Below, one piece after another: positions 39,301-51,422 of a stretch of 64,000 bases of DNA. Within the stretch, counting starts at the first letter, position 1. Each line of letters begins with the position of its first letter. The notes beneath the pieces were generated by a model. The model did no database searches. It was not told the origin of the DNA and saw only the letters and a program-made list of their open reading frames with translations. The stretch comes from Octopus sinensis. Its lineage: Eukaryota. A program made the position numbers and the translations under genes. The stretch lies in assembly GCF_006345805.1 (NCBI RefSeq), contig NC_043000.1, positions 45,384,001-45,448,000 on the forward strand, given 5' to 3'.

Positions 39301-39658
39301 CTCTCTCTCTATATATATATGCATATGTGTGTGTGTATATGTATGCATATGTGTGTGTTTATTTATGTATGCAAGTATGTATGTATGTAATACTGTCTCT
39401 TAGTAGTTAGAGCTATTTCCTCTCATTTTATCCTTGTTCTTTTCACTTTTCCAAGCTACATGGCAACCTCACTGGTGCCAGTGGCATGAAAAATACCAGT
39501 CAGTACACTTTGTAAAGTGGCTGACATTAGGAAGGATGAAAGACAAAGTTCAATAATAACTCAGAACATAAATACAAACAAAATGATACTAAACATTTTG
39601 TCTGGCATGATAAAGATTCTAACAGTTTACTACCTCAATAATAATAATAATAATAATG

Positions 39659-39692
<34 letters not shown>

Positions 39693-39721
39693 TAATAATA
39701 ATAATGATAATAATAATGATA

Positions 39722-40563
39722 AGGGTTTCTCATAGCAGCTCAAGATCAATGCCTACCAACAAGAAACTACCAAGCCAACATATTAAAGAACGGCAGTAGC
39801 CCAACATGTCGTGTATGTCAACAACAAAATGAAACCATTGATCATGTTGTCTCCAAGTGCAGTCTTCTAGCGCATACAGAGTATCTCAACAGACATGATA
39901 GAGCTGCACAATATATTCACTGGTTTATCTGCAAAAACCTGGATTTGCCCCATGAAAAAAACTGGTGGGAACACAAACCACCTCCAGTGCTTGAAAATGA
40001 CCACATCTCACTCCTCTGGAACTTCCCCATTCAAACTGACAGAAAGATAGATGCAAATAGGCCAGACATCATATTGAAAGACTTCAAACAAAGAACATGC
40101 CTCCTCATTGATATGACTGTCCCAATCGATATAAACGTATCTGTCAAGACCTACCAAAAACTGAGCAAATATAAAGATCTTGAAATAGAAATCAGCAAAA
40201 TGTGGAACCTGAAGACTAAAACAATACCTGTTGTCATAGGTGCCCTGGGAATGATAGCATAAGGGGCTGATCGCTACCTAACTCAGATACCAGGAAACCC
40301 CAAAATGGCAGAAATTCAAAAGATAGTGCTCATGGGAACTACTCATATCCTACACAAAATACTTTCTATGTAATCTCAAGTTTTAAAACAAACATACACT
40401 TCGTTTATTTTTTTTACCTTCACTAGTACAACACTAAATACAAAACCAAATATATGGCACACAAGGCATAACAACATCACGAACTTCCAACCTGTTGTCT
40501 CTTGAGGTCTCTGGGTGAGACTTGGAGCCAACTTGTACAAATATAAAGCAAAAGTCAAACATA

Positions 40564-40623
<60 letters not shown>

Positions 40624-40640
40624 CAACAATAATAATAATT
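39722..40640 (+). mobile_element. R4/Dong-type LINE 3' end (CCHC + RLE, 3' UTR, (AAT)n tail)
   Basis: FLIAAQDQCLPTRNY...CRVCQQQNETIDHVVSKC...LWNFPIQTDRKIDANRPDII...LIDMTVP...KLSKYKDL; one in-frame stop at 40260. Confidence 0.93.
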
Positions 40641-40799
40641 CAGCCTTGATCAATGTGCAAAAGGTTCTTTTATCAAAGGAAAAATGACAGAAACACTCAA
40701 CGTTAATCTTAACCAGCAGAATGTCATAAAGGAGGTAGAACCAGTGGGGTGCTACAAATGCCTATTGATATTTGAAGGTGATTGAATCAAACATTCAAT

Positions 40800-41410
40800 G
40801 ATAATGGAAAGATTAGAAGACAGAGCTAAATGCAAGAAACAGGATCGATAGCTATAGTGGCAATAACTTACAGTTTCAATAGCATTAACTGGTCAATTAC
40901 TGAAATATGTAATCTTGACAGAAAAATAAGAAAATAGTTGACAATACATAGAATACATTACCCTAAGGCAGATATAGAATGACTTTACCTGCTGAGGAAA
41001 GAGTGTGGTTGTGGACTTTTACAACTGAAACTAACAATGAAGATTGCAACAATTGGCTTCAACACCTACCTAAGAAACTCTGACGACTGGATGTTAAAAC
41101 TTGTTTTAAAGCATGAAAACAAGAAAGCATTATACTCAGTAACAAAACAAGCAAAGGAATTCCAAATACAACAAATCCCAGAATTAGATGTACAGGAAAC
41201 AAGCACAGGAAAAGCTAAGCATATGAAAATCTGTGCTAAAACTGCTGCCTTAGATATTCTTACTGATAAATGGCAAAAAAAATCCTCTCAATGGCAAATA
41301 CCTAAAGTGAGCTAATAATGGAAATGTTGACAAAGCCCTTATCCATCAATCGTTAGTGTTTTCTGGCTTAAGATCAGAAACAGAAGGGTTTAAGATAGCA
41401 GCCCAAGATC
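40800..41410 (+). mobile_element. R4/Dong-type LINE fragment (post-RT region)
   Basis: LDRKIRK.LTIHRIHYPKADIE.LYLLRKECGCGLLQL...SGLRSETEGFKIAAQD. Confidence 0.88.
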
Positions 41411-41493
41411 CCTTCCCCAAGCTTTCAGTCATGTTGTTACATCTCCTTAGAACAATCAGCAAATGATTGTAACAAACATGCAGATTAAAAGTA

Positions 41494-41565
<72 letters not shown>

Positions 41566-41570
41566 AATAA

Positions 41571-41982
41571 ATGCCCTGACACAATAAAATACAATCCCTT
41601 AAAGTTTGAAATAGGAAGAATTTAGAGTATGAGAATGGTAAAGGTCATGATACAATAATTGGTGCATTAATAACAGAGAGCCAAGTTATAGAAAAATGGC
41701 TGAAAGAGATTGAAATAAAATGCCTGGTAGAGCTCCAACAGAAAGTTTGTCTCTTAAGGACAGCAAGGATTATCAGGAGGGTTCTAAGCACTTCAAAGAC
41801 TGCTGGAAAGACTGTGGATAGCTAAGGTTATAGGTAGTAATGTGCTATCCACATAATTTAGAGATGTTACCATCTCTAGAAGGATGGAAGGCAAAAGTTG
41901 AGTTTTGTTAATTTTGAACTCCGAACATAAAGATGACCAAAATTCCACTAAACATTTTCTCCATCGTGCTAATGATACAGCC

Positions 41983-42013
<31 letters not shown>

Positions 42014-42097
42014 TTAACAATAACAATAACGATGATAATAATAATAATAATAATAACAATAATGATGATAATAATAATAATAATAACAATAATGATG

Positions 42098-42139
<42 letters not shown>

Positions 42140-42170
42140 TAATAATAATAATAATAAAATAATAATAATA

Positions 42171-42202
<32 letters not shown>

Positions 42203-42622
42203 AATAATAAATGCCCTGACACAATAAAATACAATCCCTTAAAGTTTGAAATAGGAAGAATTTAGAGTATGAGAATGGTAAAGGTCATGATACAATAATT
42301 GGTGCATTAATAACAGAGAGCCAAGTTATAGAAAAATGGCTGAAAGAGATTGAAATAAAATGCCTGGTAGAGCTCCAACAGAAAGTTTGTCTCTTAAGGA
42401 CAGCAAGGATTATCAGGAGGGTTCTAAGCACTTCAAAGACTGCTGGAAAGACTGTGGATAGCTAAGGTTATAGGTAGTAATGTGCTATCCACATAATTTA
42501 GAGATGTTACCATCTCTAGAAGGATGGAAGGCAAAAGTTGAGTTTTGTTAATTTTGAACTCCGAACATAAAGATGACCAAAATTCCACTAAACATTTTCT
42601 CCATCGTGCTAATGATACAGCC

Positions 42623-42656
<34 letters not shown>

Positions 42657-42737
42657 TTAACAATAACAATAACGATGATAATAATAATGATAATAACAAT
42701 AATAATGATAATAATAACAACAGTAACAATAATGATG

Positions 42738-42792
<55 letters not shown>

Positions 42793-42920
42793 TAATGATG
42801 ATGATGATGATAATAATAATAATAATAATAACAAAAATGATGATAATAATAATAATAATGATGATGATAACAACAACAACAACAACAACAACAATAATAA
42901 TAATAATAAATAATAATAAT
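41571..42920. repeat. tandem duplication, period 640 bp (LINE tail + family C SINE fragment + microsatellite)
   Basis: 41571-41983 and 42211-42623 appear identical; flanking (AAT/GAT)n lengths differ. Confidence 0.92.
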
Positions 42921-43398
42921 AAAAATTATAGTGGAAATAATGTGATGAAGGACGAGTTATGACATGAAAGAACAGAAACGGAAAGGACTGAAGTGGTGTG
43001 AGAAATATTATCTCAGAGAAAAGAAGAATATATAGGAATATATATGTATGAATGGTAGTTTGGGAAGATGAATAATTTATGGATAACCCAGACTGATATA
43101 ACATGTGGAAACTAATCGAAAATGCTGCCATGCAAGAGTATATAAGGGATGATGCATATATATATATATGTGTGTGTGTTTATATATGAGTGTGTGTGTG
43201 TGTATATATATATATGTATAAATATATATATATATAGATAGATAGATACACACACTCACATATATATATGTATGTATGTATATATATTAGGTATCTATAT
43301 TCATATATAAGTACATATGAATGAGATTGTATATATACATGTGTTGACTGCTTATGTTTGTGCATGTAAGGGCCTGTGTGTTTATCTCTATCCATATT

Positions 43399-43484
<86 letters not shown>

Positions 43485-43844
43485 CATATATATATATATG
43501 TATAGATATATGTGTGTGTATGTATATGTATATATGTGTGTATATAATATACATATGTATATGTATACAATGTATACAGATAGATAGATAGATAGATAGA
43601 TATGAATATGGATTCCTTCCATACATCTTACTCTCTCTCTATCTCTGTCTCTATCTATCTATCTCTCCTTCTCAAACAGCATCTAATAAGATATTTTGAC
43701 AAACCATTCTGTGATAAATTTATATCAATTCAATGAATACAGACCAAATTTTCTTTCTATATTTCCAAAATAGTGAAGAAACAAGTTACATGCTTTACTT
43801 TTTCTTAGACTGCTTAACAGATGATATATATGAATGTGTGTGTA

Positions 43845-43910
<66 letters not shown>

Positions 43911-43914
<4 letters not shown>

Positions 43915-44600
43915 GTTTATCAGTTTGTGTTGCAAGATTCTTGATGTGAAATTGTGTGTTGAAACAGATTTTGTTGTATTTCGGGATATTCATTCTTTTT
44001 TTTTGTTTGTTTATGGTCAAATAAACACACACACTCTATATATTCTTTCATCTCTCATTTATTACTGTTCTTATTTTAACTCATGTCTAATGTACAGAAA
44101 TCTTCGTCACACACCTGTGACCTCTTCAGTAACACTTTTTGTTTTCATGTGTGCTCTTGCCCCATATACTCCATTCTGCTCTTCTATGATGTGTATCCTT
44201 ATGTGTGCATGCAATTGCATGTGTGTGTGTGTGTCTGTGTGTGTGTGTGGTGTGTGTGTGTTGTGTTATGTTTATCAGTTTGTGTTGCAAGATTCTTGAT
44301 GTGAAATTGTGTGTTGAAACAGATTTTGTTGTATTTCGGGATATTCATTCTTTTTTTTTGTTTGTTTATGGTCAAATAAACACACACACTCTATATATTC
44401 TTTCATCTCTCATTTATTACTGTTCTTATTTTAACTCATGTCTAATGTACAGAAATCTTCGTCACACACCTGTGACCTCTTCAGTAACACTTTTTGTTTT
44501 CATGTGTGCTCTTGCCCCATATACTCCATTCTGCTCTTCTATGATGTGTATCCTTATGTGTGCATGCAATTGCATGTGTGTGTGTGTGTCTGTGTGTGTG
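43911..44600. repeat. tandem duplication, period 355 bp, bounded by (TG)n
   Basis: 43911-44220 and 44266-44575 appear identical. Confidence 0.92.
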
Positions 44601-45244
44601 TGTGTATGCTTGTGTATGTCATTGTTCTTAGCAGCAGTATGGCCTTCCCCTCAGCCCCATCCTCTCACACCATTGTTGCTGCTGCTGTCCCAGGACATAA
44701 AACTTTGGTACAGTTACTGTGTCTCTCTGTGCTTGTGTATTCGCTCATAGTGGTAATTGTTGTTATTGTTGTTATTGCCATCGTTGCCACTGTTGCTGCT
44801 GCTGTCCTTGTTAGTCTTGTTGTTGATATTGTTGTGGCCATTTGTGAAGTTACTCTGTTTGTGTATATGGGTTCACTTCTTAAGTTGTTAGTATCCATGC
44901 ACTTTATATAGATTTATTTACTTATTTATTTATTTAAATTGTTTTATCTATCTCTATTTTTTATATTTATCACAGGCATTTAATGAATATAAGAAATAGA
45001 GATATACACATTTATACAAAGACATACATACATATATATATTATATATATATATATATATATAGCAATAAGGGTTTAGCAACGAGTTGCCTTACCACATA
45101 CCGAATTTAGAAATAGCAGTCAAGGGTTATAGCTATTTCTTCTACTAAAAAGGAGATCTCAGTAAAAACAGCATTTGGAAGGCAGACACAAACAGGTAAG
45201 AGAGAATGAATTGACTGCAATCTATCATACATTTTTTTAGTTAT

Positions 45245-45348
45245 CCACGGACATACGTTTCGAAATCAAGTTTTTAGGAAAGCATAAGAATCAAATATTA
45301 AATATTAATAATTCTATCTTACCGAAACTTCTTTTCTCTTCAGCGTAG
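45245..45348 (-). ncRNA. type I hammerhead ribozyme motif with long stem II insert
   Basis: CTACG-CTGAAGA-GAAA(67 nt)TTTC-GAAA-CGTATG-TC-CGTGG. Confidence 0.75.
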
Positions 45349-45900
45349 AATACTATAATCATAAATGATTATATATTGAATTTTGAGATACCAGAAGGCA
45401 CCAACTCAACTCAGTATCAGAGCGAGCTAGAATCCGCAACTGGTATCACCGAATTCAATTTGTGAATGAAACGATTGTGTCAACAGCCCCTTCCCACCCA
45501 CGTGTAGCCAAAACAAGATGCTGTGGTCATCTACTGAGATAAAATATGGTTATCCGTAATAATGAAGGGTGAAATTAATAGTAATTGCTTAGTATTACTT
45601 AAATTTTCCTCGAATGAGGCTTTTACATGCCGAAGACTACTTGGTGTAATTGATAATTTTTCCAAATTAATTAATTTCACCCTTCATTATTACGGATAAC
45701 CATATTTTATCTCAGTAGATGACCACAGCATCTTGTTTTGGCTACACGCGGGTGGGAAGGGGCTGTTGACACAATCGTTTCATTCACAAATTGAATTCAG
45801 TGATACCAGTTGCGGATTCTAGCTCGCTCTGATACTGAGTTGAGTTGGTGCCTTCTGGTATCTCAAAATTCAATATATAATCATTTATGATTATAGTATT

Positions 45901-46004
45901 CTACGCTGAAGGAGAAAAGAAGTTTCGGTAGGATAGAATTATTTAATATTTAATATTTGATTCTTATGCTTTCCTAAAAACTTGATTTAAACGTACGTCC
46001 GTGG
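45901..46004 (+). ncRNA. mirror hammerhead copy with core lesions
   Basis: CTACG-CTGAAGGA-GAAA...TTT-AAA-CGTACG-TC-CGTGG; extra G in the core and CG lost before AAA. Confidence 0.6.
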
Positions 46005-46185
46005 ATAACTAAAAAAATGTATGATAGATTGCAGTCAATTCATCTCTCTTAACTGTTTGTGTCTGCCTTCCAAATGCTGGTTTTACTGAGATCTCCCTTT
46101 TTAGTAGAAGAAATAGCTATAACCTTTGACTGCTATTCTAAATTCGGTATGTGGTAAGGCAACTCGTTGCTAAACCCTTATTGCT

Positions 46186-46217
<32 letters not shown>

Positions 46218-46248
46218 TAGATAGATAGATAGATAGATAGATATAGAT

Positions 46249-46338
<90 letters not shown>

Positions 46339-46339
46339 G

Positions 46340-46500
46340 TAAAACTAAAGATGAAGACAGGTGGTGTAGACAACAAACAGATGTATTAGTTTAACACTCA
46401 GGAAGTGGAAAAAGTCTTTAACATTTTAAGCTTATGCTCTTCCACAGAAAGGAACACAGAAAGAAACAAGGAGAGAAAAAAGAATGCGTAGTGGCTAGCA
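46340..46500 (-). mobile_element. family H repeat copy, decayed
   Basis: Minus strand ctttctgtggaagagcataagcttaaaatgttaaagac. Confidence 0.65.
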
Positions 46501-46849
46501 ATCTATCATTGTGAATGCCCGACAGAGGGGTCATACAGGAGAGCTAGGATGAAAAGCATGTATATATGTATATAAAGTACTCTTAGCTAAAGATAATGCT
46601 GCTGAGGTAAGATATTATCTACAGAGGGTGTTGAAACTTGATATTGGTCGCTTACACCAGTGGTCATCATAAAGTAAATTATCTCAATAAAATAGCTTGA
46701 GAGTGGTGACCTAATTACAGATAAAAGGCTCCCAGATGCCTTGCCATTCTTTCCTTCATTTCCAAATTTCTCTTCCCTCTCTTTTAGTCTTCATCTTTCT
46801 TATATCTCTCTGCTCCTACATTCTGCCATCTGTCATTTTTCTCTTTTTC

Positions 46850-47042
46850 CATTCTTCTTCTTCTTCTTCTTCTTCTTCTTCTTCTTCTTCTTCTTCTTCT
46901 TCTTCTTCTTCTTCTTCTTCTTCTTCTTCTTCTTCTTCTTCTCTTCTTCTTCTTCTTCTTCTTCTTCTTCTTCTTCTTCTTCTTCTTCTTCTTTTCTTCT
47001 TCTTCTTCTTCTTCTTCTTCTTCTTCTTCTTCTTCTTCTTTC
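46850..47042. repeat. (CTT)n microsatellite, ~190 bp with small interruptions
   Basis: Seen directly. Confidence 0.97.
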
Positions 47043-47611
47043 CTCTCTCTTAGCCCCCTTTTCCAATGCTTGTATTATTTTGGTTCTGTTTTAGTTTGAT
47101 TCACCATTACAAGTGCAGATTCTGACGAAGTTAGCATTACTTTCTTTTAAGGTTGTCCAATATTTCTCAATCAATCAATGGACCAATTGAGTAAACAGCA
47201 CTTCTATGAATTCGCCAATAATGCTTATCAAAAACAGCTGTAAATCTATATTGCACAAATAAAGGAATATGTAAAACTCATTTTCTATGTCATTCCTTGA
47301 ATATCACTGTGCGAAAATTATTAATTTCACTGGGCAAACAACTATGGATTTACAAACTGACTGGTGTTGGACTACAACTTTAGACCCTTACATAGGTTTA
47401 TGTGGAATTCTTTAATCACATAAAAACACTTTTTTAGCCTGGTGTATTTGTATTAACAGAGAACTTGTGAAGTATTTTGCTTGGCTTGACTATCCCTCCT
47501 CTTCCCTCTCCTCTTATTTTATGTATTTGTATCCTCTCTGATGAAGCTCCATGTACTAGATCATATCTATATATATAAAAGTGAAGTTATTATGCACGTA
47601 CGCTGCGAAAT

Positions 47612-48190
47612 ATATAATAAACCTTTACATAAATAAATAACGTGAAATACACGAAGGGATGAACAAAAAAACAAACGGGTCATTCAAAGCCTTCATTTTT
47701 CAGTCAGAAACTGATCCCTCATCACAGATTTCGGCTGTTTAATTCTGAGATCCGCTCTGAATCAGTTCAGAGTGGATCTCAGAATTAAACAGCCGAAATC
47801 TGCGATGAGGGATCAGTTTCTGACTGAAGAATGAAGGCTTTGAATGACCCTGGCTGATTCAGAGTGGATCTCAGAATTAAACAGCCGAAATCTGTGATGA
47901 GGGATCAGTTTCTGACTGAAGAATGAAGGCTTTGAATGACCCTGGCTGATTCAGAGTGGATCTCAGAATTAAACAGCCGAAATCTGTGATGAGGGATCAG
48001 TTTCTGACTGAAGAATGAAGGCTTTGAATGACCCTGGCTGATTCAGAGTGGATCTCAGAATTAAACAGCCGAAATCTGTGATGAGGGATCAGTTTCTGAC
48101 TGAAGAATGAAGGCTTTGAATGACCCGTTTGTTTTTTTGTTCGTCCCTTCGTGTATTTCACGTTATTTATTTATGTAAAGGTTTATTATA
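47612..48190. mobile_element. palindromic element whose right arm carries four tandem 92-bp units
   Basis: Left arm 47612-47760 is the reverse complement of the last unit plus terminal segment; units start at 47766, 47858, 47950 and 48042. Confidence 0.88.
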
Positions 48191-50011
48191 TAAAAGTGAA
48201 GTTGTGTGAGTGTCTGTCTCCTACGATTTAGATTCCTAACTACTCCCACATTTTGCGGTGCAGATTAACCAAATTCGGTATCTTATAGTTGTGATTCATA
48301 TCGAGCCCGTCTGGGTATTAGCGCGCGTCTACGATGAGTGTACAATTTAAAAAATAATTTAACATCATTTTTATCCATTTTCCTGTTTTTTCGTGTGTCG
48401 ATGGCGGCGGAGCTGGTGTCCATGCTCACACCTGCACCTGTATTGCTTCTCCCCCTTCTTCCCTCCTTCATAAAGTGTGACTGTGCATGCGCGAACGTGT
48501 GACTGCGCACGTGCAGTCACATTTTCGGGCATGCGCAGTTACACGTTCGCGCAAGCACAGTCACACTTTAGCGCATGCGCGATCACGCGTTCGCGCATGC
48601 ACATACGCAGTCACACTTTCGCGCATGCGCAGTCACAAGTTCGCGCATGCACACGCACACATTCGCGCATGCGCAATCACACGTTCGCGCATGCGCACGC
48701 ACACGTTCGCGCATGCGCAGTCACACGTTCGCGCATGCCCAGTCACACGTTCACGCATGCGCAGTCACGCTTTCGCGCATGCGCACGCACACTTTCGCGC
48801 ATGCCCAGTCACACGTTCGCGCATGCGCATGTGCAGTCACATGTTCGCGCATGCAAATTCAGTTTCGCGCATGCGCAGTCACACGTTCGCGTATGCGCAC
48901 GCACACGTTCACGCATGCGCAGTCACACTTTCGCGCATGTGCACGCACACGTTCGCGCATGCGCAGTCACACGTTCGCGCATGCGCAGTCACACATTCAT
49001 GCATGCGCAGTCACACGTTCGCGCATGCGCAATCACACGTTCGCGCATGCGCATTCACACTTTTGCGCATGCGCAGTCACACGGTCGCGCATGCCCATTC
49101 ATACTTTCGCGCATGCGCAGTCACATGTTCGCGCATGCAGTTTAACCAAATTTGGGTATCTTATAGTCGTGATTCATATCGAGCCCGTCTGGGTATTAGC
49201 GCACGTCTACTATGAGTACGATTTTAAAAATAATTTACCATAATTATTTTCCATTTTAACGCATATTTTTTCGTGTGTCGATGGCGGCGGAGTTGGCGTC
49301 CATACTCACACCTGCACCCGTGTTGCTTCTCCCCCTTCTTCCCTCCCTCGTGAAGCTGTGGGGAAGGGAGTGTAAGGAAATCAACGTCGTAAAGCGTTGT
49401 CAAGGAGACCAGCATTCTTTTAGAACAACGACTTCATGGCTTGAAGTCGCCAAAACAGAAATCGATAAAAAAGCTGAAACAGATCCACAAAAACGGCAAA
49501 AACCGCCACACAGGGCAGGTTTCCTGTGCAAACAATTTGCACAACCGAATGTTTTAGTTGTTGCACAAATCTTTATATATAAAAGTGAAGTTGTGTGTCT
49601 GTCTCCTACGATTTAGATTCCTAACTACTCCCACATTTTGCGGTGCAGTTTAACCAAAACCGGGTATCTTATAGTCGTGATTCATATTGAGCCCTTCTGT
49701 GTATTAGCGTGCGTCTACGATGAGTCTACGATTTTAAAAATAATTTAACATCAATTTTTTCCATTTTAACGCATATTTTTTCGTGTGTCGATGGCGGCGG
49801 AGTTGGCGTCCATGCTCACATTTTTTGCTATTATATAAGGGAAGTAACTCTCTAAAAATGTCTACGATGAGTCAACGATTAAAAAAAAATTTACTATAAT
49901 TTTTTTTCCATTTTTAATGCATTTTTTTGCTATTTTTTGGCTATAACTCTCTAAAAATGCTTTATAGTTATTTCCCTTACAAGCCCGAGCAACGCCGGGC
50001 GATACTGCTAG
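48187..50011 (+). mobile_element. composite non-autonomous Helitron with three partial tandem units
   Basis: Helitron head at ~48187 and 49570; body repeated at ~48260, ~49140 and ~49645; one 3' hairpin + CTAG|T at 49984-50012. Confidence 0.88.
48475..49140. repeat. CpG-rich 22-bp minisatellite (consensus cagtcacacgttcgcgcatgcg)
   Basis: About 30 units; first units inverted. Confidence 0.95.
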
Positions 50012-50379
50012 TATGCTCTAAAGATGATGAATATTATTGTCATAATTTTCTTTGGCAGCACTAACTGATATTGGTGACAGAAACGCCTGTAAACAATGTT
50101 CAAGTTTTGCTATAAAAATTATTTAACCGATAGTAGTCAATTTGTTGATCGAAAGTTTTCTCCATTTTCTGCTCATTTTAAATTTGATTACTGATAAACT
50201 TTTGTTTATTCTGTTATTACCTGTATCTTATGTGCATAGCATGCTTGCATATCCATGCCCAGTGTTAACATAGGTAATTTATACTGGTTGTTATAATAGA
50301 TATTCTTATCCCTTAGATGGTTATTCCAACTGCTAACTCTACTTACTTATATATGTATATGTATGTATGTATGTATATT

Positions 50380-51210
50380 GTTATTCTTTTATTCTTTTAC
50401 TTGTTTCAGTGGTTTGACTGCGGCCATGCTGGAGTACTGCCTTAAAGGGTCTTTTTACTCAAAGAAATCGATCCTAGTACTTATTCTTTGTAATCCTTGT
50501 ACTTATTCTATCAGTCACATTTGCTGAACTGTTATGCTACATGAATGTGAGCACAGCAACATCACTAATCAAGCAATGGTGGGGTGACAAATAGAGACAC
50601 AAAGACACACACACATAACTACACACACACATATATATATACACAATAGTCTTTTTCAATTTCTGTTTACCAGATCCACTCACAAGGCTTTGGTCAGCCT
50701 GAGGCTATAGTAGAAAACACTTGTCTAAGATGCTGAGCAGTGGAACTGAACCCAGAACCATGTCGTTGGGAAGCAAGCTTCTTACCACACAGTCATGTCT
50801 GTGCCTATATATATATATACACACACATACATACATACATACATATATATATATATATTCTTTCATTTATTTCAGTCATTTGACTGTGGCCATGCTGGAG
50901 CACTGCCTTTAGTTGAACAAGTCAACCCCAGGACTTATTCTTTGTAAGCCTAGTACTTATCCTATCGGTTCTCTTTTGGCAAACCACTAAGTTATGGGGA
51001 TGTAAACACATCAACATCGGTTATCAAACACAAGACATACACACATATATACGATGGGCTTCTTTCAGTTTCCATCTACCAAATCCACTCACAAGGCATT
51101 GGTTGGCCCGACGCTATAGTAGAAGACACTTGCCAATGATGCCACACAGTGGGACTGAACCCGGAACCATGTGGTTGGTTAGCAAGCTACTTACCATATA
51201 GCTGCACCTG
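50380..51210 (-). mobile_element. two adjacent SINE family A copies
   Basis: ~50380-50800 and ~50860-51210. Confidence 0.85.
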
Positions 51211-51297
51211 TATATATATATATATACCGGAGTAAACATATAAATGTGAAACAAGGTGGAAAAAAGAGTACTCAAATACCAGTGGTAGAGTAATATG

Positions 51298-51422
51298 CTT
51301 TATTTAAAGCAGCAGAAAATTCAACAAAATCTGTTACTCTGAGTTTCTCGTTGCCGTTCATCAACAGCAACGAGAAACTCAGAGTAACAGATTTTGTTGA
51401 ATTTTCTGCTGCTTTAAATAAA

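Larger units (their letters stand above)
45063..46185. mobile_element. 1.1-kb palindromic element flanked by (TA)n, with a hammerhead in each arm
   Basis: Near-identical inverted arms 45063-45579 and 45670-46185; 90-bp spacer. Confidence 0.9.

Noticed and set aside
42433-43131. 232-aa poly-Leu ORF and overlapping poly-Asn/Ile ORFs
   Set aside because: Read-through of (AAT)n microsatellites
45607-45645. CTCGAATGA-GGC...GCC-GAAG in the palindrome spacer
   Set aside because: Both core halves deviate and stems I and III are unsupported
47766-48126. CRISPR-like regular repeats
   Set aside because: Head-to-tail identical units with no unique spacers, no cas genes, eukaryotic context
48477-49243. 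Three overlapping 220-240 aa ORFs
   Set aside because: All three frames are open only because the 22-bp minisatellite has no stops; no protein signature
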